Shown here in pieces: positions 28,133 through 38,043 of a DNA stretch of 64,000 nt. The notes under the pieces are model-generated. The model saw only the letters and a program-made list of their open reading frames with translations, was not told the DNA's origin and did not search any database. The stretch spans positions 1 to 64,000 of the forward strand of contig CBDCJH010000001.1 in NCBI GenBank assembly GCA_965217775.1, read 5' to 3'. Positions within the stretch are counted from its first letter, which is position 1. Each line of letters opens with the position of its first letter. The translations under genes and the position numbers were made by a program. Origin of the DNA: Acidobacteriota bacterium (GTDB taxonomy: Bacteria; Acidobacteriota; UBA6911; RPQK01; JAJDTT01).

Positions 28133-29503
28133 ATGAAAATGAACAGACGCAAGTTCGTGGTATCGGCAGCAGCAGTCGCGGGGGCTCCCGCCCTCCAGAC
28201 CAGCAAGGGAGGTCCGCTCGGCGCCAATGACCGGGCGATCTGCGCCTTCGTCGGAACCGGCGGCATGGGCCGCAGCAATCTGAGGGACTTTCTCAGATCG
28301 GAGCAGGTCCGGGTGGCGGCCGTCTGTGACGTGTGGGACCACAACCGAGACCTGAGTCTGCAGATGACCGACGACCAGGAGGGCGGCAGAGCGGCCGGCT
28401 ACAAGGACTTCCGCCAGGTCCTGGATCTGAAGGAGGTGGACGTGGTCGTCGTCTCCACGCCCGATCACTGGCATGCCCTGCCCACCGTCATGGCCTGCGA
28501 CGCCGGGAAGGACGTCTACGTCGAGAAACCCCTTTCCCTGACCATTTATGAAGGACGAAAAATGGTGGAGGCGGCACGGCGCAACGGACGCATCGTCCAA
28601 ATGGGGACGCAGCAGCGTTCAGGAGTACACTTCCAGAAAGCTGTGAAGCTGGTCCAAGACGGAGCCATCGGCAAGGTGAGCCGAGTCAAAACCTGGAATT
28701 TCGGCAACGAGAGTCCGGCCGGGATGGGCCGGCCGCGGGACACGGAACCTCCGCCGGGTCTGGACTGGGATTTCTGGCTGGGTCCGGCACCCAAGGCCCC
28801 CTTCAACGGCAACCGCTTCATCCACACTTTCCGGTGGTTCTGGGACTATTCGGGAGGAATGATCACCGACTGGGGAACCCATCATCTGGACATCGTCCAG
28901 TGGGCCATGCAGGTGGACGCCCCGCTGGCCGCGACCGCTGTCGGGGGCAACTTCTGCATTGACGACAACCGGGAGACCCCGGACACGCTGGAGGTTCTCT
29001 ACGAGTATCCGGGATTCATCGCCTCCTTCTCCCACCGGGTCGGAAACGCCCATGGTCCGGCGGGACGAGGCTACGGCATCGAGTTCTTCGGCACCGACGG
29101 GACCCTCTATCTGAACCGGGGCGGTTTCGAAATCCGGCCCGAGACCGGGGGGACTCCAGTTGCCCCGCGGCCCCGCTACCTGAGGATTCTGGATCAGAAA
29201 ACGCCCGATCGGCGCAGGCGGGAGTGGAGTTCCGGAGAGGGACGATCCAAGTTTCGGACGGCTCCCGGATCCGACCAGCACTTTGTCCACGTCCTGAATT
29301 TCCTGGATTGCGTGCGGAGTCGAAAGAAGCCCAACTCGGACGTGGAGATCGGCCACCGTTCCACCTCGACTCCCCATCTGGGGAACATCGCCCTCCGGCT
29401 GGGACGGCGGATCCGGTGGGATGCAAAGAAGGAACGGGTGCTGGGAGACGAAGAGGCGAACGGGCTCGTGCGCCGGGAGTATCGAAAGCCGTGGGTGCTA
29501 TGA
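28133..29503 (+). CDS. Gfo/Idh/MocA family oxidoreductase with Tat signal
   Basis: MNRRKF; GTGGMG, STPDHWH, KDVYVEKP, QMGTQQRS, DWGTHHLD. Confidence 0.93.
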   Translation: MKMNRRKFVVSAAAVAGAPALQTSKGGPLGANDRAICAFVGTGGMGRSNLRDFLRSEQVRVAAVCDVWDHNRDLSLQMTDDQEGGRAAGYKDFRQVLDLKEVDVVVVSTPDHWHALPTVMACDAGKDVYVEKPLSLTIYEGRKMVEAARRNGRIVQMGTQQRSGVHFQKAVKLVQDGAIGKVSRVKTWNFGNESPAGMGRPRDTEPPPGLDWDFWLGPAPKAPFNGNRFIHTFRWFWDYSGGMITDWGTHHLDIVQWAMQVDAPLAATAVGGNFCIDDNRETPDTLEVLYEYPGFIASFSHRVGNAHGPAGRGYGIEFFGTDGTLYLNRGGFEIRPETGGTPVAPRPRYLRILDQKTPDRRRREWSSGEGRSKFRTAPGSDQHFVHVLNFLDCVRSRKKPNSDVEIGHRSTSTPHLGNIALRLGRRIRWDAKKERVLGDEEANGLVRREYRKPWVL

Positions 29504-30973
29504 GGGGTCTGTTGGAATCGGCGTGACGTCGAAGCAGGCCATCTGGGTCTGGTTCCTCACCAGGAGCCGGCCCCCGACGATGACAGGATAATTCCAGGTC
29601 TTTCCAGTCAGTGCCGAAAATCGAGCCAGTTCACGGTGATCCTGCGCGTTGGCCTCGACCAGAACCAGATCGCCCCGCTCGGTCAGCACCACGAGATGGT
29701 CCGAGGCCAGAAGGATCTGGCCGTAACCATAACGGCCTCCCTTCCACTTCCTCTCTCCCGTGGCCACGTCCACGCAAGCCAGGATGCCCTCATCCAGTCC
29801 GTAGACGTGACCCTCATGGAGGACCGAGCCGTTGAACTTGTTCTTCATCTCCTTGTTTTTCCAGACGGTCCTTACAGTGTAGCCGTCCTTGCCCCGTCCG
29901 ATCTCCAAAACTGCTGCCCCGTGGCCGTAACCGGAGGAGATGAAGAACCGATCGCTTCCCAGCAACAGAGGTTCCACGGAATTGACGTCGTAGGACGTTA
30001 CCCATGGATACTCCCAGAGCAGGTCCCCGCCTTCCGGGTCCAACCCCACGACTCGCTCAGCCGTCACGACCAACAGCTGCTCCCGCCCGGCCAACTCGGA
30101 TTGGATCGGCGCGGCGTAGGCCTGTTTGTCGCTGAGCGACCCCCAGAGGAACTCGCCGGTGAGTCGATGATAGGCGACGACGGATCTGTCGGAAGGACCG
30201 CCGGGCAGGAGAATGACCTGATCACCCGTGATCAGGGGTGAGGCGGACATGCCCCATTCCAGATTCCGGGCTCCATTGTCCGAGATGATGTTCAGACCCC
30301 ACTGGACTTTTCCGCTGGCGGCGTCGAAGCAGCGGAACTCGCCCGTGGCCCCCAGGACGTAAAGACGGCCCTCGTGCCACAGGGGAGTCGCCCTGGGCCC
30401 GTCTCCCCCCATGACCTCCTGGAACTCGGCGTCCCAGCCAAGTTTCCAGACTTCGGCGCCCGTGTCCGGATCATAGGCAGCCACGACTTCCTGGCGCCCC
30501 CGTTGTTCGATGGTGAAGAGGAGCCCCGAACCGGCGACAATGGAAGCGTATCCGCCTCCCACTGACCGCCGCCAGAGCAGCGGGAGTCCGTCACTGGGCC
30601 AGATGGTCCGGATCTCTCCCTCCAGATAACGGCTGTCCCGGTCCGCCCCCCGAAACCCGTTCCAGTCTCGGACTTCCGACGAAGGAGAACGGTGAGCCGC
30701 GCTTGAAGCGGATGCTCCCTCGATCGTGGCGTACCGGGACCAGATCGGTGTAATGGCAACCAGCGGACGCCAACCGGTGCCGTCACGTTCGATGCTCAGG
30801 CCCACTCCTTGAAACACGTAGACCCACGTCAATGCCAGAAGCGCGAGGCTTGCCAGCAACCGGTTCCGCGTCCTCCAGCCGGACCCCGCCCAGACCAGAA
30901 TCAGGCCCAGCGGAGGCAACAACAGGGAAAGGGCAATCAGGATCCAGGGAGTCACGGCGCGTCCCTTGGTCAT
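29498..30973 (-). CDS. PQQ-binding-like beta-propeller repeat protein (membrane anchored)
   Basis: WNGFRG, GPRATP, SASPLI, repeated D..TG...W motifs, KTWNYPV. Confidence 0.85.
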   Translation of the reverse strand: MTKGRAVTPWILIALSLLLPPLGLILVWAGSGWRTRNRLLASLALLALTWVYVFQGVGLSIERDGTGWRPLVAITPIWSRYATIEGASASSAAHRSPSSEVRDWNGFRGADRDSRYLEGEIRTIWPSDGLPLLWRRSVGGGYASIVAGSGLLFTIEQRGRQEVVAAYDPDTGAEVWKLGWDAEFQEVMGGDGPRATPLWHEGRLYVLGATGEFRCFDAASGKVQWGLNIISDNGARNLEWGMSASPLITGDQVILLPGGPSDRSVVAYHRLTGEFLWGSLSDKQAYAAPIQSELAGREQLLVVTAERVVGLDPEGGDLLWEYPWVTSYDVNSVEPLLLGSDRFFISSGYGHGAAVLEIGRGKDGYTVRTVWKNKEMKNKFNGSVLHEGHVYGLDEGILACVDVATGERKWKGGRYGYGQILLASDHLVVLTERGDLVLVEANAQDHRELARFSALTGKTWNYPVIVGGRLLVRNQTQMACFDVTPIPTDPS

Positions 30974-30982
30974 CGGGGAGGC

Positions 30983-31285
30983 TTACTTGTACCGGTAGGT
31001 GAGACGGCCCCGGGTCAAATCGTAGGGTGAAAGCTCGACCATGACCCGGTCGCCACGGAGGATTCGGATGAAATGACGACGCATCTTGCCGGAAATGTGG
31101 GCCAGGACCACGTGACCGTTCTCCAGTTCGACCCGAAACATGGCGTTGGGAAGCGGCTCCGTTACGGTTCCGGTGACCTCGATGGCGTCCGACTTCTTTT
31201 CTTTGGGCTCGTCCCGTCTCTGGGGAGGCCTCTTCTTTCGCCTCCGCCGTCTACGGCGAAAAGGTCTTGGTCGAAGTCTAGCCAT
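30983..31285 (-). CDS. infA: Translation initiation factor IF-1 with Arg/Lys-rich N-terminal extension
   Basis: [36 protein letters not shown]...[18 protein letters not shown]; GGAGG RBS before ATG 31285. Confidence 0.95.
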   Translation of the reverse strand: MARLRPRPFRRRRRRRKKRPPQRRDEPKEKKSDAIEVTGTVTEPLPNAMFRVELENGHVVLAHISGKMRRHFIRILRGDRVMVELSPYDLTRGRLTYRYK

Positions 31286-31414
31286 CTCCCTCCAATAGTC
31301 GGCAACGCACGGTTGTGAAACCGCAACCAGGAATGGAGGCTAGCACAGCCACAAATCGGAAAGCAACCAGACCGCAGGCATGTGCGCTGACAGGACAGGC
31401 GGAGAAAGGGCCCC

Positions 31415-32743
31415 TCAACCTTGAACGATGGAGACCAGGACCTCCTCGATGACGTCGAAGGCCCGGTGGACTTCCCGATCCTCGATGACGTATGGGGGAA
31501 GGAAATAAAGGACGTTTCCCAGAGGCCGTAGCAGAAGACCCCTCTCCAGAAAGGCTTGGATCAACCGGGGTGATCGAGAGTCGAGGTAGCCTGCCTCCCC
31601 CTCGGCTTCCAGTTCCACCACTGCCAGCGCTCCGATGCCTCGAACCTCTGCCACGCCCGGCAACCGGCCGATGCGCGCCAGACGCTCGGAGAAGAGTTGC
31701 TCCAATCGGGCCACCCGCTCCAATCGCCTTTCCTGATCGAACAGCAGCAGGCTTTCCAGGGCGACGGCGCATCCCAGGGGGTTGGCGGTGTAGGAATGTC
31801 CGTGCAGAAACCCGCGCCCCCGATCCTCGCTGAGGAACGCCTGGTACAGGGGCTCGGTCACCAAGGTGGCGGCCAGGGGAAGATACCCGCCCGTGAGGGC
31901 TTTGGAGAGGCACATGAGATCGGGCGTCACCGGTCCATGTTCGCAGGCAAACATCTTTCCGGTCCTGCCGAAGCCGGTGAAGACCTCGTCGGCAATGAGC
32001 AACGTCCCGTGCCGGCGGGTCAGGTCCCGGACCAGGTTCAGGAACTCCACCGGCCAGATGATCATTCCACCGGCCCCCTGAACCATGGGTTCCACGATGA
32101 CCGCCGCCACCCGGTGACCCGACTCCCGCAGGAGATCCTCAAGCCGGCCGCTGCACTCGATCCGGCAGGTGGCGCGGATGCGTCCCACCGGGCAGGTTCG
32201 GCAGGTGGGGGAGTGGGTCTGGAGCTGCTGAACCAGAAGGTCCGCGAACTGGGCATGGAAGGCATCGACTCCCCCCACTCCCATGGCCCCCAGCGTGTCG
32301 CCATGGTAGGCATGTTTCAGAGAGATGAAGAGATCCCGGGTCTCGCCCCGGTTCTTCCAGTACTGGTAGGACATCTTCAGAGCCACTTCCACCGAAGTGG
32401 ATCCGTTGTCCGAGAAGAAGACCCGGGTCAACCCCGGCGGCGCCCGCCGGACCAGCTCGGAGGCCAACCGTGCCGCCGGTTCATGTGTGCAACCGGCAAA
32501 CAGCACGTGCCCCAGCCGCGAAGCCTGTTCCTCCAACGCGCGGTTGAGACGGGGATGGTTGTGTCCGTGGATATTGACCCACCAGGAGGAGATGCCGTCC
32601 AATAGGCACCGGCCGTCCGCCGTATGGAGATAGATCCCCTGGGCCCGCTCTATGGGAATCGGAGGAGGCGCGGTCTGCATCTGGGTAAACGGATGCCAGA
32701 CGTATTTCCGATCCTGGGACACCCAGCCGCCGAAATCTCCCAT
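31415..32743 (-). CDS. bioA: Adenosylmethionine-8-amino-7-oxononanoate transaminase
   Basis: VWHPFTQM, SSWWVNIHGH, DNGSTSVEVALKM, YHGDT, IADEVFTGFGRTG, SKALTGG. Confidence 0.96.
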   Translation of the reverse strand: MGDFGGWVSQDRKYVWHPFTQMQTAPPPIPIERAQGIYLHTADGRCLLDGISSWWVNIHGHNHPRLNRALEEQASRLGHVLFAGCTHEPAARLASELVRRAPPGLTRVFFSDNGSTSVEVALKMSYQYWKNRGETRDLFISLKHAYHGDTLGAMGVGGVDAFHAQFADLLVQQLQTHSPTCRTCPVGRIRATCRIECSGRLEDLLRESGHRVAAVIVEPMVQGAGGMIIWPVEFLNLVRDLTRRHGTLLIADEVFTGFGRTGKMFACEHGPVTPDLMCLSKALTGGYLPLAATLVTEPLYQAFLSEDRGRGFLHGHSYTANPLGCAVALESLLLFDQERRLERVARLEQLFSERLARIGRLPGVAEVRGIGALAVVELEAEGEAGYLDSRSPRLIQAFLERGLLLRPLGNVLYFLPPYVIEDREVHRAFDVIEEVLVSIVQG

Positions 32744-32759
32744 TGCTGACTACTCTAAC

Positions 32760-33455
32760 CTACTGCATCCCGTCGTCCGGCCGGGACCTCAGGAGATAGC
32801 GTTCCAGCACCCCGTCCCGGTCGAATTCGGAAGCCGCCCGGGTGACGGTTTCCCGGCAAAGGGGACTGAGGGGTTCCAACTCCGCCACGACACGGGTGCG
32901 ACCGAACCTCTCGATGGCCCGTCGATTCTCCAGGTTGAGGGGACCGTTCAGGACCACTCCCGCCAGACTCAGGCCTCTGGAACGGAGCGCTTCGAGGGTC
33001 AGGAGAGTGTGGTTGATGGTCCCGAGCCGGCTCGACGAGACCACGAGGCAGGGCAGGTCCAGGGCGCTCAGGAGATCGGCCAAGAGATATCCGCGATCGG
33101 TCAGGGGCACCAGGAGCCCGCCGATCCCCTCCACGACCAGAAGACCGTTTCCCGAGGACTCCCGATGACGCCGGTAAGCGGAAACGATGCGTTCCGGTTC
33201 GATTTCGACTCCAGCCAGACGGGCTGCCAAGTGAGGCGATAGGGGCGGCGCAAACCGGTAACACTCCTCCAGAACTCGCAGCTCCGGCCCCACCAGGGAA
33301 GCCACTTCCCGGCTGTCGCTTCCCTCCTCTGCCCCCGTGGCAACCGGTTTCCAATAGGCTACTCCCATTCTCCCCATCCAACGGGCCAGGAGAACGGCGG
33401 AAACGACCGTCTTCCCGATCTCGGTTCCGGTTCCGGTGACCACGATTTCCATCAA
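32760..33455 (-). CDS. bioD: Dethiobiotin synthase
   Basis: VTGTGTEIGKT, YWKPV, SPHLAA, VEGIGG, LGTINHTLL. Confidence 0.95.
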   Translation of the reverse strand: MMEIVVTGTGTEIGKTVVSAVLLARWMGRMGVAYWKPVATGAEEGSDSREVASLVGPELRVLEECYRFAPPLSPHLAARLAGVEIEPERIVSAYRRHRESSGNGLLVVEGIGGLLVPLTDRGYLLADLLSALDLPCLVVSSSRLGTINHTLLTLEALRSRGLSLAGVVLNGPLNLENRRAIERFGRTRVVAELEPLSPLCRETVTRAASEFDRDGVLERYLLRSRPDDGMQ

Positions 33456-34603
33456 ACGGTCTCCAGCGCGTCAGCCAGAGCCCGGCAAAGACGATCCAAC
33501 TGCTCGGGAGTATGGTTGGCGTGAACCGAGATCCGGAGCCGTGCGGTTCCGGCCGGCACCGTGGGGGGACGAAGCGCCCTCACGTCCAAGCCCTCCTCTC
33601 GAAGCCGCTGGGCGACGGCCAGAGCACGGCGGTTGTCCCCCAGGATGACCGGCACGATGGGACCCGCGCTGTCCAAGGTGTCCAGTCCCTGTGCTCTCAG
33701 TTGCCGGCGCAGGAGGTGGGAGAGCTCCAGGACCCGTTCCCGGCGTTCCGGGTCGCTCCGGATGATGTCCAGTGCCGCCTCCAACGCGTAGAGGAGAAGC
33801 GGCGGCGTGGAGGTCGTGAAGATGAAGCTGCGGCAAGCGTTGATCAGGTATTCGATGACGGTTCGGGGGCCGGCCACGAAGGCGCCGGCCACTCCCAGAC
33901 CTTTACCGCACCCCGAGACGATGGCCGCGGCTCGTTTCTCGATTCCGAAATGCTCCGTGAGACCCGACCCTCGACCGTCGCCGAAGAGACCGGTGGCATG
34001 GGAGTCATCCACGATCAGATCGGCTCCCCACTCCTCGGCCAAGTCGGCGTACTGGTCCAATGGGGCGATGTCTCCATCCATGCTGAAAAGGGACTCGGTG
34101 ACCAGAAAGGTTCGGCCCCGCGGATGGGGAGACGAGAGAGCGGTTCGCATCGCCCCCAGATCCCGGTGTGGGTGGATGACCTTCCGCGCCCCGCTCAAGC
34201 GAATTCCGTCGATGATGCTGGCATGGTTGAGCCGGTCCGAAACCACTCGGTCCCGGGGGCCCATGAGGGCAGAGAGGAGGCCCAGGTTGGCCTGGTAGCC
34301 GCTGGGAAAGATGAGAGCGGCCTCGGTCCCCTTGAAGCGGGCCAGCTTCTCTTCCAGGAGGCGGTGTTGCGGCGTGTTTCCCCGCAGTAGCCGGGAGGAG
34401 GGGGCAGAGACGGGACGGGACCCGGCCTCTTCTTGCAGACGTTCGATCAGGAACGCCCTCAGCCGGGGATCGCGGGACAGATCAAGGTAGTCGTTGGAGC
34501 AGAAGTCCTCTAGCTGGGGGGACGCTTCCTCAAGGGACCGGTAGAGACCGGACGAGCGGATCCGCTCGAGGCGGTGCTCCAATTCCCGACCGAGAGTTCT
34601 CAT
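33452..34603 (-). CDS. bioF: 8-amino-7-oxononanoate synthase
   Basis: FCSNDYL, SGYQANLG, NHASIIDG, ESLFSMDGD, DDSHATG, RPPTVP..TARLR. Confidence 0.95.
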   Translation of the reverse strand: MRTLGRELEHRLERIRSSGLYRSLEEASPQLEDFCSNDYLDLSRDPRLRAFLIERLQEEAGSRPVSAPSSRLLRGNTPQHRLLEEKLARFKGTEAALIFPSGYQANLGLLSALMGPRDRVVSDRLNHASIIDGIRLSGARKVIHPHRDLGAMRTALSSPHPRGRTFLVTESLFSMDGDIAPLDQYADLAEEWGADLIVDDSHATGLFGDGRGSGLTEHFGIEKRAAAIVSGCGKGLGVAGAFVAGPRTVIEYLINACRSFIFTTSTPPLLLYALEAALDIIRSDPERRERVLELSHLLRRQLRAQGLDTLDSAGPIVPVILGDNRRALAVAQRLREEGLDVRALRPPTVPAGTARLRISVHANHTPEQLDRLCRALADALETV

Positions 34604-34687
34604 GGAGTCCCCGCCGGCATGGGGTACAAGCTATTGGAAATACCGCAACCGGTCAAGAATCCTTCCGAGTCTCGGCATCTCGTAGAT

Positions 34688-34717
34688 TTGAGTTCCAATT
34701 CCGGCGTTTCCTATAAT
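34688..34717 (+). promoter_or_regulatory. Sigma70-type promoter for tRNA-Cys
   Basis: TTGAGT-N18-TATAAT, 13 nt upstream of the tRNA. Confidence 0.55.
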
Positions 34718-34730
34718 GGACGGAATCGGT

Positions 34731-34806
34731 GGCGGCGTACCCAAGTGGCTAAGGGAGAGGTCTGCAAAACCTCCATTCACCGGTTCGAATCCGGTCGCCG
34801 CCTCCA
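34731..34806 (+). tRNA. tRNA-Cys(GCA)
   Basis: Acceptor GGCGGCG/CGCCGCC, anticodon arm GAGGT-CTGCAAA-ACCTC, T arm with GGTTCGAATCC, discriminator U and encoded CCA. Confidence 0.97.
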
Positions 34807-34837
34807 CGCCCTCTGAAGCACCGCCTGGAGACGAGAC

Positions 34838-36559
34838 ATGGGCAGGTCCCGTCGATTCCTGCTGCTCCCACTGGCGATGATCCTGGTTTTCCTGCTTCTC
34901 CGCGACGGCGGTCCGGATCCGGAGTCCGTGTCGACTCCCCACTCCAGTTCCCAGATCCAGACGCCTCGAGACGAGGACGGAGTGCGGCGGCCTTCGCCGT
35001 ACGGCGCCGGCGAGAAAAGACCTCAAGAGCTTCCGAAGGTCGGTACGGCGAAGAGAGCCGGGGAATGGAACGATGCTCCAACCCGGCTTGAGGTCCTGGT
35101 GATCGATGAAGAAACTCGAGCTCCGCTGCCGGAGGCCACGGTTCACGTCGCGGATTTGTGGTCGTGGTCCAGGAATTTTTCAGGGGAGACCGGACCAGAT
35201 GGACGGACCACTTTGGAACTGGACCGCGGGCATTACTGGCTGTTTGCGCTGCATCCGGACTACCTCTCCCACCACGTCAGCCTTGCAGCAGAGGGGCTTG
35301 AGGCTCGGCGCACGATACCCCTGCTCTCGAGAGACCCCGAGACCCTGGTGACCGGATCGGTCCGGGACCGGACCGGTCAGGGAGTCCCGGAGGTTCCCAT
35401 TTCCTTCCGGGCCGAACCTGAGTCGAAGGAGCGAACGCGTCTGCGTCACAAAAAACCCGCCGATGTCCCGGTCCAGGTTTGGAACCGAATTCTGAGAAGA
35501 GCAGAACAGCCTCGATGGGCCAAGACGGACCGGAACGGATTCTTCTCGCTGGAAGCCCCGAAGGGGAGATACGCGATCAACGTGCTCACATTGAGGTTTC
35601 GACCCTATGTAGGAGTGGTCCATGTCCCTCCTCCGGGACCCCTCGAGATAGTCCTGACCGAACCGGACGAAATGGTCCGGCTGTCGGGTTGGATCTCCGG
35701 TGAGGAGGGAGGCCCCCTGGCTGCGGCGAAGGTCAACCTGGACCTGCGGATGGAGTCCGGCAGGACGGGATTTGACCATGCCACCACCGACTCGGAAGGC
35801 TACTTCGAATTCGATCTGCCGCCGGGTCTCGCCACGGTGAGAGCTCAACTCGACGGCTACCAGAAGTTCCGGGAAGTATATGAAGTGATCCGGGACACCG
35901 AGATCGTTCCGGTCCTCAAGGCTTACCGGAGCTTCACGGTGCGAGTCTACGATAGCAACGGAAGGACCGTCGCGGATCCCTTCGTGATCGGGACCGCCCT
36001 GGAGAGCGGCAAGGGCATCGTCTCCCCGGTCGCCGGGGAGGCCGGCGGGTCGAAGCAGACGCAAACCTATCACGCCACCGAGTACCCCTTTCGCATCTAT
36101 GCCACGGCCCTTCACCTGGGACGCGGCATCACGGAGGCCAAGGTGATCCGGTCCTACCAGGCCAACATCGATCTACGGGTCAAGGGTGGGGGGCGGATCG
36201 AGGGCAACGTCGCTGATTCCGACGGGAATCCCGTACGGGATTTCACCATCGTATTGAGAAAGGACGGTTTTGACCTGGGTATCTTCAGGAGCTTTTCCCA
36301 AGAGGGGCGTTTCAGCCTGGAAGGGATCCCGCCGGGCCTCTACTCCTTGAGCTTCCACTCGCGCCCGGAACTGGACTGGACTCAGGAGCCGAGAAGGACC
36401 CAATCGGAACTGGCGACGGTTCGGCCCAAACTGGTGTCAATTCAGAAGGATCGAACCAGTTTCCTGGATGTCGTGCTCCGACCGCAGGGATGGGTCAAGA
36501 CCGCCGGCCAAAGGAGCGAACCACCGGACTCTCACCCTGAAACGCGGCTGGAATATTGA
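34838..36559 (+). CDS. Carboxypeptidase regulatory-like (beta-sandwich) repeat protein
   Basis: N-terminal anchor; repeated TGPDGR / TDRNGFF / TDSEGYF and G.V.D..G.PV motifs. Confidence 0.75.
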   Translation: MGRSRRFLLLPLAMILVFLLLRDGGPDPESVSTPHSSSQIQTPRDEDGVRRPSPYGAGEKRPQELPKVGTAKRAGEWNDAPTRLEVLVIDEETRAPLPEATVHVADLWSWSRNFSGETGPDGRTTLELDRGHYWLFALHPDYLSHHVSLAAEGLEARRTIPLLSRDPETLVTGSVRDRTGQGVPEVPISFRAEPESKERTRLRHKKPADVPVQVWNRILRRAEQPRWAKTDRNGFFSLEAPKGRYAINVLTLRFRPYVGVVHVPPPGPLEIVLTEPDEMVRLSGWISGEEGGPLAAAKVNLDLRMESGRTGFDHATTDSEGYFEFDLPPGLATVRAQLDGYQKFREVYEVIRDTEIVPVLKAYRSFTVRVYDSNGRTVADPFVIGTALESGKGIVSPVAGEAGGSKQTQTYHATEYPFRIYATALHLGRGITEAKVIRSYQANIDLRVKGGGRIEGNVADSDGNPVRDFTIVLRKDGFDLGIFRSFSQEGRFSLEGIPPGLYSLSFHSRPELDWTQEPRRTQSELATVRPKLVSIQKDRTSFLDVVLRPQGWVKTAGQRSEPPDSHPETRLEY

Positions 36560-36631
36560 TACGAACTGTCGTATTCCGTATCTTCCACATCGATTCGGAC
36601 CAGTGACGTCCCGTGGTCCAGGAGGTGATCC

Positions 36632-37675
36632 ATGTTGAGTTCTCGAGGTGACGGCGCTCAGACTCGCCGCGGTTTTCTTCACCGATCCGCACAGGCCCTG
36701 GGGACCGCCGCCGCCGCCCATCTCGTCGGAGCCGAGGCGCGAAGCGCGCGTATCTCTGGCCCAAACAGGAAGGACGACCGGCCCCTGAAGATCGATGCCC
36801 ATGGCCACATCAGCCAAGTTGAGATTCAAGACCTGGATGGAGAGTACAGAAAGAACTGGAAGTACGGGATGTCCCACCGGGACAACCTCTACCTGATGGA
36901 TGCCGTCGGCATCGAAATGCAGGTGCTCCAATGCGCCTTCTACCTGCACCGATACCACCGCCGCGTGATGAAGGAACATCCGGGCCGATTCGTCGCCATC
37001 AGCAAGATCGACGAACGGCTGCTCCCCGGTGACCGCGGGCTGAAGCTGATCCAGCAACACATCGAGGAATGGGGGTTCAAGGGCTGGTACTACGACTGCT
37101 GGCCACCGGAGCAGAGGGTGAAAATGGGGATGGACCCCAAGGAGTGGGGCACCCCCGACCCCTTCTACCACTTCGACCATCCCCGCTACGACCCTCAATG
37201 GGAACTGGTCCAGTCACTGGGCGTCCCCGTCTGCATCACGTCTTATTCGTACAACTTCCAGACCCTGGGACCGGCTCTTTTGAACGTGGTCAAACGGTTT
37301 CCGGATCTGAAGGTGGTCGTCATCCACGGCTATTGGCCGCCGAGCTGTCTCCAGGACGACGGCTCCGTCCGAATTCCTGAAGCGGTCGTCGAGTTGGTCA
37401 GAAACTACAACGTGGTCTTGGAGCTCCTCACCGGACTCCAGCACAGGTCCGACATGTACGGTCCCGGCGAAGTGGTGCTCAAGGTGTTCTACGAAACCTT
37501 CGGCCCGGCCAAGCTGATGTGGGGCTCCGAGTACACCCACGTCAACCTTCCGACCGTCGAGCAGTACCGGCACCAGTTCGACTACATCAAGGAGCGGTGC
37601 CCGTACATGAGCGAAAGCGACGTCGCCCAGATCCGGGGCGGCACCGCCATGGAGACGTATGGCATCCAGGCCTGA
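36632..37675 (+). CDS. Amidohydrolase_2 family protein with Tat signal
   Basis: TRRGFL; IDAHGH, RFPDLKVVVIH, KLMWGSEY, IRGGTA. Confidence 0.82.
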   Translation: MLSSRGDGAQTRRGFLHRSAQALGTAAAAHLVGAEARSARISGPNRKDDRPLKIDAHGHISQVEIQDLDGEYRKNWKYGMSHRDNLYLMDAVGIEMQVLQCAFYLHRYHRRVMKEHPGRFVAISKIDERLLPGDRGLKLIQQHIEEWGFKGWYYDCWPPEQRVKMGMDPKEWGTPDPFYHFDHPRYDPQWELVQSLGVPVCITSYSYNFQTLGPALLNVVKRFPDLKVVVIHGYWPPSCLQDDGSVRIPEAVVELVRNYNVVLELLTGLQHRSDMYGPGEVVLKVFYETFGPAKLMWGSEYTHVNLPTVEQYRHQFDYIKERCPYMSESDVAQIRGGTAMETYGIQA

Positions 37676-37777
37676 CGCGGATTGCGGCTTTTCCTTCCTA
37701 CACACGATCCGATGGTCCGATATTCGCCAAAGGCGTGCTGATCACACCGGTCCGCACCCGTCGTCACTCGATGGGCC

Positions 37778-37814
37778 TTGATTGTAAGACTATAGTCAGT
37801 AATACTCTTACAAT
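37778..37814 (+). promoter_or_regulatory. TA operon promoter with overlapping operator inverted repeat
   Basis: TTGATT-N17-AATACT ending 6 nt before the ATG; ATTGTAAGA (37781-37789) / TCTTACAAT (37806-37814); inner palindrome GACTATAGTC. Confidence 0.6.
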
Positions 37815-38043
37815 GAGAATTACCTCTAAGGGTCAGGTGACAATCCCCCAGCGACTCAGGCTGAAGTTCGGACTGCTCCCCAATACGGAGGCGGCCTTCG
37901 AAGAGTCCGACGGTGGAGTGTTGATCCGTCCCGTGTTGACCAAACGAGCGCTCATAGAGCAGCGCCTCCGCGACGCACGCGGCGTCGCGGACAGTGGGCT
38001 CGGCACCGATGACGTGATGCGGCTCACGCGCGGGGACGACTGA
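37813..38043 (+). CDS. AbrB/MazE/SpoVT family antitoxin
   Basis: MRITSKGQVTIPQRLR..GL.P...TDDVMRLTRG. Confidence 0.9.
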   Translation: MRITSKGQVTIPQRLRLKFGLLPNTEAAFEESDGGVLIRPVLTKRALIEQRLRDARGVADSGLGTDDVMRLTRGDD

